Positions 7,064-15,545 of a stretch of 60,289 nt of DNA are shown in pieces. The notes beneath the pieces are model-generated. The model was not told the origin of the DNA. It saw only the letters and a program-made list of their open reading frames with translations, and made no database searches. The position numbers and the translations under genes are program-made. The stretch is from a virus: IMG/VR virus record IMGVR_UViG_3300045963_000139. The stretch is one strand, 5' to 3'. Each line of letters begins with the position of its first letter. Position 1 is the first letter of the stretch.

Positions 7064-7966
7064 ATGACAATGAACTGGACAAGCATCGACACATCCGTCG
7101 AACCCAAGATCGCGAAACTCAGCGACAAGGCCATCGAAGCCAAGCTGGTTATCCGCAGGACAACACTGGTCAAGCGCGACAACACGGCTACGGCCCTGCT
7201 GCGCAACTCAGACGCATCGGCCACCGCTTTTACCAAGCTGTTCCGCAAGGAAGGCACGCCGGTCTGGAAGCTCATGAAGGCAGTGTCTGAGGTATACGCC
7301 TACCACTGCGACAACACCGAGCGCTGCGGCGACAAGCGGCTGGTGCGCGGCGATAACATCTTCGAGTACACCAACGGGTTGCGCCAGTTGATCGCTGTGG
7401 TGGATACACACAAGACCCACGTACTGCCGGTTTACGACCAGTTGGTACTCGATGACATCGCCTACCGCAACTACGGCAAGGTGCACGGTGCAGCCGACCC
7501 GAGTCAGTATCCAAGCGCCATCGAGTTCGGCCAGCGCATCAGCTTTGACTTCCGCATGGTGCCACTGCCCAACGAGTCCCACCCGCTCTTTGACATGGAC
7601 GACGCCGATAAGGAAGCTGTGCGTGCCCAGTTCAGCGAGATGCTGGCGGATACCAACAACGCAACCATCGAGCGCATGTTGAAGCCCCTTGAGTACCTGA
7701 CCACACGGCTTGGCACCTACAAGGGCGAGAAGGGTGAGCGCTTCCATGCAAGCGTGCTGGAGAACGTGCTGGATGGATGCAAGCTGGCCCGCAAGCTGGC
7801 GATCGATGCCTCACCTGCCCTGCTGACTGAAATCGCTGAGATCGAGCGTATGGTCAAGGGCTACACGTTCAGCATCGACAGCATCAAGGGCGACGAAGAT
7901 GTGCGTGCAACGGCCAAGGCGAATCTGGAGGCGGCAACGAAGAAGTTGGCCGACTACTTTTCGTGA
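7064..7966 (+). CDS. Hypothetical 300-aa protein between the AAA ATPase and VWA genes
   Basis: Long clean ORF with the RBS ggagaa inside the upstream gene end. From memory, its length and context resemble the uncharacterised partner proteins of CobS/CobT-like pairs. Not verifiable here. Confidence 0.75.
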   Translation: MTMNWTSIDTSVEPKIAKLSDKAIEAKLVIRRTTLVKRDNTATALLRNSDASATAFTKLFRKEGTPVWKLMKAVSEVYAYHCDNTERCGDKRLVRGDNIFEYTNGLRQLIAVVDTHKTHVLPVYDQLVLDDIAYRNYGKVHGAADPSQYPSAIEFGQRISFDFRMVPLPNESHPLFDMDDADKEAVRAQFSEMLADTNNATIERMLKPLEYLTTRLGTYKGEKGERFHASVLENVLDGCKLARKLAIDASPALLTEIAEIERMVKGYTFSIDSIKGDEDVRATAKANLEAATKKLADYFS

Positions 7967-8154
7967 ATTGGGTGAAGTGCCCCAATGGCTGGCTACTGCG
8001 CGGTGACAAAGGCGGCACCATGGGCATGGTATTTCGGCACAGTAAGCGCGTCTGGATATGGGCTGCCGAGGGCTCACAACACCGCGTGCGTTACTGCAAG
8101 GACGCCAAAGCAGCACTGGTCGCACACTGGGTGGCAATCAAACTGGAGGCATGA
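7963..8154 (+). CDS. Hypothetical protein
   Basis: GTGA overlap start. 63 aa ending WVAIKLEA. Confidence 0.55.
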   Translation: MNWVKCPNGWLLRGDKGGTMGMVFRHSKRVWIWAAEGSQHRVRYCKDAKAALVAHWVAIKLEA

Positions 8155-8411
8155 TGATCTTTACCTGCGAGGAAGCACCCAACCCGTGGCTTAGCCACAC
8201 ACCGCGCCACCAGTACATCAAGGATGACAAGGGGTACATCATCGGCTCCGTGTACCCCGAGCCCCAAGGTGGGTGGACGTGGCAGAGCTGCCTGACCAAC
8301 GGACCCAAGGGCAACAGCGACTGGAGCAACCCGAGCATCAACCCGGAAGCTAACCGGATGGATGCCATCAACGCGGCGATAGCCGATTACATTGCAAGGA
8401 GAATGGAATGA
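8151..8411 (+). CDS. Hypothetical protein
   Basis: ORF 8058-8411 trimmed to ATG 8151 (RBS ggagg, ATGA overlap). Confidence 0.65.
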   Translation: MMIFTCEEAPNPWLSHTPRHQYIKDDKGYIIGSVYPEPQGGWTWQSCLTNGPKGNSDWSNPSINPEANRMDAINAAIADYIARRME

Positions 8412-8524
8412 GGGTCTACCTTAAACGACGACTCATCGTTGTCGAAACCAACGTGGGCTGGGCGCTGCCCTACTGGGTAAAGCGCCGTCGTTTCAACAAA
8501 GACATTACATGGGAGTTCACATGA
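8408..8524 (+). CDS. Micro-ORF (38 aa), basic, not in the ORF track
   Basis: Hand translation: MRVYLKRRLIVVETNVGWALPYWVKRRRFNKDITWEFT*. ATGA overlaps at both ends bridge the only apparent gap in this operon. Confidence 0.45.
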   Translation: MRVYLKRRLIVVETNVGWALPYWVKRRRFNKDITWEFT

Positions 8525-8730
8525 AACCTGAAGCATACGTTCAATTCGAGGGCACGTTCATGCTGCCCCTGCGCTTGGCCGAGGCCATAGCCGAGCTTGT
8601 GCCGCTGAAGGCTACCTACGAGTCGGGCCCGGGGTATGTCTACACGCTGGCACCCGACCAGAAGGTGTCGGTCAGCATGCTCAACAAGGACTACGTGGCG
8701 GGCATGATCGCCCAAGAGAAGATGAAGTGA
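8521..8730 (+). CDS. Hypothetical protein
   Basis: ORF 8509-8730 trimmed to ATG 8521 (RBS gggag). Confidence 0.6.
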   Translation: MKPEAYVQFEGTFMLPLRLAEAIAELVPLKATYESGPGYVYTLAPDQKVSVSMLNKDYVAGMIAQEKMK

Positions 8731-8975
8731 AACGCAAGCACCGACTGCAGCAAACCCGCAAGGATAGACGGCTGCGCTATGCAGGGCTCAAGGCTGAGTT
8801 TCTGCTGGCCGGTGGCCACAAGGATTGGTTGGTCCCGTTCAACCACGCATGGCTCAAAGAGCTAAGCGCCCAGATTCGCTCTATCGAAGAGGGCGACCCC
8901 CACTTTACTAAACCGAGGTATTACCGTGACCCAAGTCCTGCCAACCCACTCAACCAACGTACTCACCGCAAGTGA
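8727..8975 (+). CDS. Hypothetical basic protein
   Basis: GTGA overlap start. 82 aa. The 3' end overlaps the next gene by 50 nt. Confidence 0.45.
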   Translation: MKRKHRLQQTRKDRRLRYAGLKAEFLLAGGHKDWLVPFNHAWLKELSAQIRSIEEGDPHFTKPRYYRDPSPANPLNQRTHRK

Positions 8976-10083
8976 ACTCAAGGTCTTTGACTTCAACGTC
9001 AGCAAGGCCAAGACGCAGATCGTTCTGCAGCATCCGTTCTGGGCGGTCATCCTGCTCAAGCGCGAAGTCATATACGACTACAACGTGCCCACAGCCAGCA
9101 TCAACCGGCAAGGCCAGATCAAAGTCAACCCACGCTGGGCCAAAGACTTTACTGTGGGTAACCTGCAGTTTCTGCTGTGCCATGAGGTCGGTCACGAACT
9201 CTTCGACCACATCAACCGGCGCGGCCACCGCAAACCCGGGCGCTGGAATCGTGCAGGTGATGCAGTCATCAACGACACACTGATTCAATGCAAGGTCGGC
9301 GACTTTATCGACGGTGGCATCAACATGCCCGGGTCCATGGACCAGACCGCTGACCATATATACGACGGCTTCGGTGACGATGACGACGATAACCCGGGCG
9401 GTATCGGCGGTGACATCGACGAGTCCGGTGAGCCTCTGACTCCCGAGCAGATCGAAGAGCATACCCATGAGCTGCAGAACGAGATCGCTCAAGCAGCGCA
9501 GGCAGCCAAGATGCAGGGCAAGATGCCCAGTGTGCTGGAGAAGCTGGTGGCCCAGATACTTGCGGTCAAGACGCCATGGTATGAAATCCTTGAGCGCCAC
9601 ATGGTCAAGTTCATCCAGTCAGGCTACACGTGGGCTCGGCCGAACCGTCGCTACAGCGGCGCGGGTACTTACCTGCCCAGCACTGGTCAGGCGCAAACCA
9701 TGGGCACCATCGTGCTGGAAGTCGATGTGTCGGGCTCAGTGACCAAGAAGGAGATGAGCTACTACGCGGGCCACTTCGCGCGTATCGTGGAGATGTGCAA
9801 CCCCGAGCGCGTGCACGTCATCTACGTGGATACACGGGTGCAGAAGCACGTTGTGTTCGAGCAGGGCGAAGAGGTATCGCTGGAGTATGACGGCTGCGGC
9901 GGCACGGACATGACAGCGGGCTTTCGCTGGTGCGCGGCTGAGAACATCACCCCCGAGGTATTTGTCTGCCTGACCGATGGATACACCGGCTTTGGCACCG
10001 ACCCGGGCTACCCGGTTGTGTGGTGCATCAGCTCCGACAAAGTTGCATCGCACGGAGAGACAATTCACTTTGATATGGAATAA
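8926..10083 (+). CDS. Protein with an N-terminal putative metallopeptidase domain and a C-terminal VWA domain
   Basis: HExxH motif LLCHEVGHELFDH, acidic linker GDDDDDNPGGIGGDIDESGE, MIDAS-type motif VLEVDVSGSV. GTG start with RBS gaggt. Confidence 0.8.
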   Translation: MTQVLPTHSTNVLTASELKVFDFNVSKAKTQIVLQHPFWAVILLKREVIYDYNVPTASINRQGQIKVNPRWAKDFTVGNLQFLLCHEVGHELFDHINRRGHRKPGRWNRAGDAVINDTLIQCKVGDFIDGGINMPGSMDQTADHIYDGFGDDDDDNPGGIGGDIDESGEPLTPEQIEEHTHELQNEIAQAAQAAKMQGKMPSVLEKLVAQILAVKTPWYEILERHMVKFIQSGYTWARPNRRYSGAGTYLPSTGQAQTMGTIVLEVDVSGSVTKKEMSYYAGHFARIVEMCNPERVHVIYVDTRVQKHVVFEQGEEVSLEYDGCGGTDMTAGFRWCAAENITPEVFVCLTDGYTGFGTDPGYPVVWCISSDKVASHGETIHFDME

Positions 10084-10245
10084 CTGAGCCAAGGCGTCAT
10101 CTGAGCCCGCTCTTGATGGGTGCGTCTATGAGAGAGCGGGCCTTGCACCGTGGCCTTGGCAAGTGACTTTGCACGGGCAAGACCTGATACCACGCGGTGG
10201 GCGTGGAACGCATACCCCACCACATTTAACTCAAGGAGATATGAC

Positions 10246-10401
10246 ATGCAAACACTTGCATACGTAGGCATTTTTATTATGTACATAGTAATCGGCAATC
10301 TGTTGGGCGATCAAGCCACAGTACGCGAATGCCAGAAATACGGCAGCGCCGGTATGGTTGGCGGCGGTCGTATCGAGTGCAAAATCGTGGAGCCTAAGTA
10401 A
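10246..10401 (+). CDS. Small membrane protein (51 aa)
   Basis: ORF 10150-10401 trimmed to ATG 10246 behind a strong RBS, aaggaga. N-terminal hydrophobic helix LAYVGIFIMYIVIGNLL. Confidence 0.6.
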   Translation: MQTLAYVGIFIMYIVIGNLLGDQATVRECQKYGSAGMVGGGRIECKIVEPK

Positions 10402-10402
10402 C

Positions 10403-11137
10403 ATGGCATTCGGACTACAAACACGACACGCAAAGTACGCACGCAACTACGAAGAGTGCGCAGCGTTCTTTGACAAACCTCTAGGCACCCGGGCTAAGGC
10501 GTGGTACGAAAACATGCGCCCACTCGACAACCTGCGTAAGCCCCACATGTATGTTCTGCGCGGCAAGGATTACTATGACGTGGTGCTGTACTCCACATCG
10601 ATGGCACGCTACTACAAACCCGAGCAAATCGGCACCAGCGAGCAGCGTGAGGTCTGGTACAACGTGCATGGCAGCCAGAGTTCATCGAGCTTCCAGTGGG
10701 ATGTACTGGGCTTTGGTGCAGCCAACTACACCCGCAAGACTACCCACGGCAAAGAAGTTCTGATCGGCATGAACCCGGAGAAATCCGGCTTGGTGTTTCC
10801 GGTACAGCTACGCTTGGTAGACAACCTGTTGTATGTAGCCAAGTCACGCGACTGCCCAGCACGGTTAGGCGATATCACATCGCCCCAGCGTAAGGCCGAT
10901 CGCAAGGCATTCAAGCTGTGGCTGCGCCCGTTCGAGGCTATGTCCAAGGTCATGGAGCCCGGGGCTGTATATGTGAACTGGGACACTATACGCAACGCAT
11001 ATATAACTAATGAGTTGTTTGACCCGACCGGGTTGGCCTGCTATATTAAACAAAACGGCGCGAAGGCCGCAGTGGATAAGGTATATCCACTCGGTGACGT
11101 TCCTCAATATAACGAATCATTCAAGGAAATGCCATGA
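10403..11137 (+). CDS. Hypothetical protein (244 aa)
   Basis: ORF 10358-11137 trimmed to ATG 10403, just after the upstream stop. Confidence 0.7.
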   Translation: MAFGLQTRHAKYARNYEECAAFFDKPLGTRAKAWYENMRPLDNLRKPHMYVLRGKDYYDVVLYSTSMARYYKPEQIGTSEQREVWYNVHGSQSSSSFQWDVLGFGAANYTRKTTHGKEVLIGMNPEKSGLVFPVQLRLVDNLLYVAKSRDCPARLGDITSPQRKADRKAFKLWLRPFEAMSKVMEPGAVYVNWDTIRNAYITNELFDPTGLACYIKQNGAKAAVDKVYPLGDVPQYNESFKEMP

Positions 11138-11286
11138 AGTACTTACTCATCGTGCTCATGCTTGCTGGCTGCAGCACTGGTCAACCGGTCGCGCGGCTTC
11201 GCATCAAAGACTACATCGTAATGCAAGAGTTCACGGTGTGCTCAGCCGCTGACGAAACCAAGACGATTGTGTGGAGTTGCAAATGA
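11134..11286 (+). CDS. Small predicted lipoprotein (50 aa), not in the ORF track
   Basis: Hand translation: MKYLLIVLMLAGCSTGQPVARLRIKDYIVMQEFTVCSAADETKTIVWSCK*. Signal peptide plus canonical lipobox LAGC. ATGA overlaps at both ends. Confidence 0.6.
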   Translation: MKYLLIVLMLAGCSTGQPVARLRIKDYIVMQEFTVCSAADETKTIVWSCK

Positions 11287-11477
11287 AGTCATACACATTC
11301 GACGTGCGACTGACAGGCTATGAGCAGATAACCGTCAAAGCCAAAAACATCGACAAGGCGCGTGAGAAAGCACTACAACGCTTTGAAGATATTTACATCG
11401 CTACACCCGCGTGGGACTTGCGCAGCAAGGCTATCGAGTTGGAACCGCTGAGCGGCAACGCACAGGAGGAATCGTGA
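11283..11477 (+). CDS. Hypothetical protein
   Basis: ORF 11271-11477 trimmed to ATG 11283 (ATGA overlap). Confidence 0.65.
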   Translation: MKSYTFDVRLTGYEQITVKAKNIDKAREKALQRFEDIYIATPAWDLRSKAIELEPLSGNAQEES

Positions 11478-11698
11478 AAAAATTCGAGCGGGATGATTGC
11501 CTAAAAAGCATCGAGTGTCATCAGTGGCACTACCAGTACTTCATGGAAGCTGGTGCACCCAAGTGTGCCGCTGTCTATGAACGTGCGATTGCACGCCTTG
11601 AGCACTTCATGTGGCAACCGCGCATCGCAGTGTATGCACCCAAGCAAGTGTACCAACCAACCAAACGGGGGCACTACGCCCCAAGGAAGCAAGCATGA
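11474..11698 (+). CDS. Hypothetical protein
   Basis: GTG 11474 behind RBS aggagga. GTGA overlap. Confidence 0.6.
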   Translation: MKKFERDDCLKSIECHQWHYQYFMEAGAPKCAAVYERAIARLEHFMWQPRIAVYAPKQVYQPTKRGHYAPRKQA

Positions 11699-12018
11699 AA
11701 ACATCTGAATTGACAGGCGCTGCCCTTGACTGGGCGGTGAGCGAAGCACTGGGGCTGGACTGGTATCAGCCTGAGTACGGCGAGGCTCAAGCAGCCTATT
11801 CAACAGACTGGGCGCAGGGAGGCCCGATCATTGAGCGGGAGAAGATGACCGTTGGCAAGCAGGTTCACAAGAGCGATTGGTCTGCCGAATCCTTCAACGG
11901 AGAAGGCATCGACGTTGCACACATTGGCTTTGGCCCTACCCCACTCATCGCAGCCATGCGCTGTTACGTAGCGTCCAAGCTGGGCGACGAGGTAGAGATA
12001 CCGGAGGAACTGAAATGA
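11695..12018 (+). CDS. NinX-like (DUF2591-type) protein
   Basis: ATGA overlap start. The N-terminus MKTSELTGAALDWAVSEALG matches the hallmark start of this family as I recall it. Confidence 0.65.
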   Translation: MKTSELTGAALDWAVSEALGLDWYQPEYGEAQAAYSTDWAQGGPIIEREKMTVGKQVHKSDWSAESFNGEGIDVAHIGFGPTPLIAAMRCYVASKLGDEVEIPEELK

Positions 12019-12347
12019 ACGATCTTGAAATATCAAAGGCGCTGGCCTTGGCGATTGGGTGGAAGCTGGTAACTATCACCAGAGGAATTGACCCGCTTGC
12101 CGTTGTACACACAGGCAACCCCCGTGACAACGTGAAGTCTGGTGGTCTGTGGTTTTACGGCTATCGAATCTTCGACTACCGTGACTGGGCCGTAGCTGGC
12201 CCGATTGCGGAGAAGTACGAATGCTTTCCCGGCAAGAACGGCACAGCAGGCTGGTGGATGGCAAACACGCCTAACGGGTGGAGTCACGGCAGTGGCGACA
12301 CACCACAGAAAGCCATTGCGCTGGCGGTGATCGGGAGTGTGAAATGA
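12015..12347 (+). CDS. Second NinX-like paralogue
   Basis: ATGA overlap start. Motifs ISKALALAIGW..., DWAVAGPIAEKY, TPQKAIALAV. Confidence 0.55.
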   Translation: MNDLEISKALALAIGWKLVTITRGIDPLAVVHTGNPRDNVKSGGLWFYGYRIFDYRDWAVAGPIAEKYECFPGKNGTAGWWMANTPNGWSHGSGDTPQKAIALAVIGSVK

Positions 12348-12679
12348 GCCTAAAAGAAACCGTACTGCCGCTGATTGATAAGCTGATTGACGTAGCTGCA
12401 ACACACCAAGTCCACGCCAAGGGACGAGCCGCCCTGTGCGCTGCACTCGATGCCGCTGATGCAGCCCGAGAGTATCTGGCAGCACCGGAGCAGTCGGAGC
12501 CTATTGCAAAGCTATTTGGGACGTTGCCGGTTTTCGCTTCACCACAGCCCACCGAACTGACGGACGAGCAGATAAATGAGATTGGTGTGCGGTGTGCAGT
12601 TGTTGGTGAAGCGTTCTGGTCAGAGTCGCATATCGAATTCGCCCGAGCCATCCTCGCGGCACAGAAAGCAAAAGTATGA
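12344..12679 (+). CDS. Hypothetical protein
   Basis: ORF 12278-12679 trimmed to ATG 12344 (ATGA overlap). Confidence 0.65.
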   Translation: MSLKETVLPLIDKLIDVAATHQVHAKGRAALCAALDAADAAREYLAAPEQSEPIAKLFGTLPVFASPQPTELTDEQINEIGVRCAVVGEAFWSESHIEFARAILAAQKAKV

Positions 12680-13125
12680 CCACCGCACAAACCGCCGAGC
12701 AGTTGGCAGCAGAGATTGAAGAAACGTATCCCGACACTTACGCCTTTACGGACATTAAACACCCTGTTCACCAAGCAGCAGCAATGCTCAGGTCGCAGGC
12801 AGCGGAGATTGATGCACTGAGGACAGAGAATAAAGCACAGCTATCCGAGCTTGAGGCAATTAGTAGTTCTCTTGGAACCCGTGAGGGTCATAGCTCTGTG
12901 GTGCATATTGAGGCTATGAAAGCAGAGTACGACCTACTTGCCAAGAACATACGAGACGATGACAACTTGCGTGTCGATGCTGAACGGTATCGCGCAGTAC
13001 GCAAAGCAACGATCACTGAGGACGATGCATTCCTTGACGAGCTTGATAACCATGAATCGCCCAAAACAGAAGCAGAGTTTGACGCGATATTTGACGCTGC
13101 CCGTGCAGCATTGGAGAATCCATGA
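12676..13125 (+). CDS. Hypothetical coiled-coil protein
   Basis: ATGA overlap. 149 aa, E/A/L-rich. Confidence 0.7.
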   Translation: MTTAQTAEQLAAEIEETYPDTYAFTDIKHPVHQAAAMLRSQAAEIDALRTENKAQLSELEAISSSLGTREGHSSVVHIEAMKAEYDLLAKNIRDDDNLRVDAERYRAVRKATITEDDAFLDELDNHESPKTEAEFDAIFDAARAALENP

Positions 13126-13949
13126 TCAAAAATGTATTCGATCATCCAGAACATAACTGGAAGTGGACGCATCTTGAGATGGCGTTCATCAACAACCGGA
13201 CGCAAGCGCACCATGACTACACCCGCGCAGTTATCAGTGAGCGTGATGCGCTGAAGGCTGAATTGAAATCTCACTGCGCTTGCAAGTTTGATGGCGACAC
13301 CAACACCGAGCAATGCAAGCTGCACGGCGCATGGTGCGACACCTTGCATGAACAAGCGGACTATCGTAGGGAGCGTGACCTTGCTATTCAGCTTGGCAAA
13401 TCATTGGAAGAACAGCGTGACTCGCTACGCAAAGAACTCGCAGAACTAAAAGAAGCGGCATCCATGCAACAGAACAACGGTGCTGAACTCTTGGCACTAC
13501 GCAAAGAACTTGCAGAACTGCGGGAGGCCGAGCAAGTGGGGTTCATCACACCGCTCATGGAGCAGCAGATGTTCGATGACTGGTGCCCATACAAGGGCAG
13601 TCCAGACCCGCGAACTGTTTGGGCCGCAGCAATTGATTCTGTCAATGGACTGTTGCTTGATGCGGAGCCAAAGTCCGAGCCAGTGCAGGAGCCTGTGGCT
13701 TGGATGGGGTACTCGCCAACTAAAGGCAATGGCTACAAGGTGTTTCTGAATAAGCACTTGGCAGATGCTTACTCTATGGACGTAACCCCACTCTACGCCG
13801 CACCCCAAGACGGTCTACGCAAGGCAGCACAGATGGCGCTGGAGGCTATTGAGTTTGTACTGTCGGCTCATGGTGAACAGTTAACCAGTGCGTTTGAGGG
13901 TTGCCAAAACGCGATCTTGGAACTACGCAAGGAGTTAGGCCATGGTTAA
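13122..13949 (+). CDS. Hypothetical coiled-coil protein
   Basis: ATGA overlap. Internal duplicated LRKELAEL(K/R)EA. Confidence 0.7.
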   Translation: MIKNVFDHPEHNWKWTHLEMAFINNRTQAHHDYTRAVISERDALKAELKSHCACKFDGDTNTEQCKLHGAWCDTLHEQADYRRERDLAIQLGKSLEEQRDSLRKELAELKEAASMQQNNGAELLALRKELAELREAEQVGFITPLMEQQMFDDWCPYKGSPDPRTVWAAAIDSVNGLLLDAEPKSEPVQEPVAWMGYSPTKGNGYKVFLNKHLADAYSMDVTPLYAAPQDGLRKAAQMALEAIEFVLSAHGEQLTSAFEGCQNAILELRKELGHG

Positions 13950-14217
13950 GGCTGCGATCTCGCTTGAGCGGTATACCAAATGCGTGCGTGCGGTGTTTGA
14001 CACACTGTCCGCGTCCGACGATGGCATGACCGCGTACGACATTGCCAAGATTACAGGGTATCCACGTAGTACGGTGAACATCGTGGTGGAGGATAATCTG
14101 CTGTTCTACGTTGACCGCTGGAAACGCTCACGCGTTGGCGTACCCACCCGTATCTTCATGGCATCCAAGATAGAGCGTTTTGAAGATTGCCCACGACCGG
14201 ATGATATGAAAATATGA
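13942..14217 (+). CDS. Putative winged-helix DNA-binding protein
   Basis: HTH-like MTAYDIAKITGYPRSTVNIVV. 91 aa. Confidence 0.5.
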   Translation: MVKAAISLERYTKCVRAVFDTLSASDDGMTAYDIAKITGYPRSTVNIVVEDNLLFYVDRWKRSRVGVPTRIFMASKIERFEDCPRPDDMKI

Positions 14218-14429
14218 CGCACACTCTCAACACGGATAAGTCCGTCGCTGTGGCCGTCGATACGTTCTGGCTACCCATCGGCCCGGACACACCGCGCGGC
14301 GTGAAGATACAACTGCTTGGCCAAGGTGGTGTGGCTACCTACGGACACTACGACGGCAAGAACAATTTCTGGGTGTCATGGGCACCCTTACCTAAGAAAC
14401 CAACCCCACCAACCGAAAGGACAGTATGA
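14214..14429 (+). CDS. Hypothetical protein
   Basis: ATGA overlap. 71 aa. Confidence 0.65.
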   Translation: MTHTLNTDKSVAVAVDTFWLPIGPDTPRGVKIQLLGQGGVATYGHYDGKNNFWVSWAPLPKKPTPPTERTV

Positions 14430-14803
14430 GTACCGCAGATGAACAAAGCCTAAAAAACGCAGCGATGCGCCAGCAAATAGAAAATATGGCGATACGTGCA
14501 AACCCGCCGTTTGTTGATAAGCTGATGGCGCAAGACAAGTATGAATTTGCTGCAGCCACGCAGGGTACGTACGTTGGCCAGAACGGCGCAACAATTAGCG
14601 CAGGTGATGTCTGGGGCGGGCAAACCAAGTTGGCCAACATTGTCGGAGGGTTTCCAACGCGCCAAGTCATTCATATCGTCGTGAGTGAAGTGGAAAACGG
14701 TCGCACTGTTGCAGTGGGTGGGCGCATGTACGTCGTGCCGACCGGCACGTCATTACTTGAAACCATAGGCCAAGCACTGGTCGAAGCAAAACTGGAGAAC
14801 TAA
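14426..14803 (+). CDS. Hypothetical protein
   Basis: ATGA overlap and RBS aaagga. 125 aa. Confidence 0.7.
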   Translation: MSTADEQSLKNAAMRQQIENMAIRANPPFVDKLMAQDKYEFAAATQGTYVGQNGATISAGDVWGGQTKLANIVGGFPTRQVIHIVVSEVENGRTVAVGGRMYVVPTGTSLLETIGQALVEAKLEN

Positions 14804-15022
14804 ATGCGAGCAGACGACATGCAAGTGGGCGGTGACCATTACCGCTCAAAGAAAGTAACACCGTGGCAGACGATGGAATCTTGTCTGTCCAAGGAAGAGT
14901 TCGTGGGTTTTTTGCGCGGCAACGTCATCAAGTACACCATGCGCTGTAACGACAAAGGCGGCATTGAAGACCTGAAGAAAGCGCAGCACTACATGAGCAA
15001 GCTCTTGGAGGTACTGGCATGA
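14804..15022 (+). CDS. DUF3310-type phage protein
   Basis: QVGGDHY...GNVIKYTMRC...IEDLKKAQHY matches the family signature as I recall it. Confidence 0.75.
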   Translation: MRADDMQVGGDHYRSKKVTPWQTMESCLSKEEFVGFLRGNVIKYTMRCNDKGGIEDLKKAQHYMSKLLEVLA

Positions 15023-15297
15023 AAAACTGGATACTGCGCTGGCTGGGGCTAGGCCCTAAAGGCATCGATGCCCCTGTTGCAAGTTTTGTCGGCGGCGGTA
15101 ACCGGCTCATCGAAACGAAACGTCGCAACTTCTTCGAGATCATCGACGCAGTCAACGGCAAGATCGTTGTGTACACACGCAACGAGTACAACCAAAATGG
15201 ACCGGACAAGAACGACATGGAGGTATACCTTGTGCATGACGGCGACAACCTGATGGACACAATCACCACGGCGATTGTTTCTGCGGGGCTCAAGTAA
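15019..15297 (+). CDS. Hypothetical protein
   Basis: ATGA overlap. 92 aa. Confidence 0.65.
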   Translation: MKNWILRWLGLGPKGIDAPVASFVGGGNRLIETKRRNFFEIIDAVNGKIVVYTRNEYNQNGPDKNDMEVYLVHDGDNLMDTITTAIVSAGLK

Positions 15298-15545
15298 TGG
15301 CCAGCCCTTACACTCCCAACGTCGACCCCTACGAACGAATGGCGCAATCGGTACCGCGTATCGGCATCCCCATGACGTGCTCAGTAGTTATTAGCATAGG
15401 AAACGTCGAAGGTGGCTTTGTGTTGTGTGTCAACGCGCAGGGTGAACAGCTCGGCCACCCACGACTCTGCTTCGGTGCAGAGGCAATCGAACAAGGTGTG
15501 CAAGCCGTTATTACGCACCTTGTAACTCAAGGACTTGAAAAATGA
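15297..15545 (+). CDS. Hypothetical protein
   Basis: TAATG overlap. 82 aa. Confidence 0.6.
   Translation: MASPYTPNVDPYERMAQSVPRIGIPMTCSVVISIGNVEGGFVLCVNAQGEQLGHPRLCFGAEAIEQGVQAVITHLVTQGLEK

Noticed and set aside
10105-10141. 9-bp GC-rich stem (gcccgctct...agagcgggc) after the VWA gene
   Set aside because: The 19-nt loop is large and there is no downstream U-tract, so it is not called as an intrinsic terminator. It could still be an RNA processing site or pause site.
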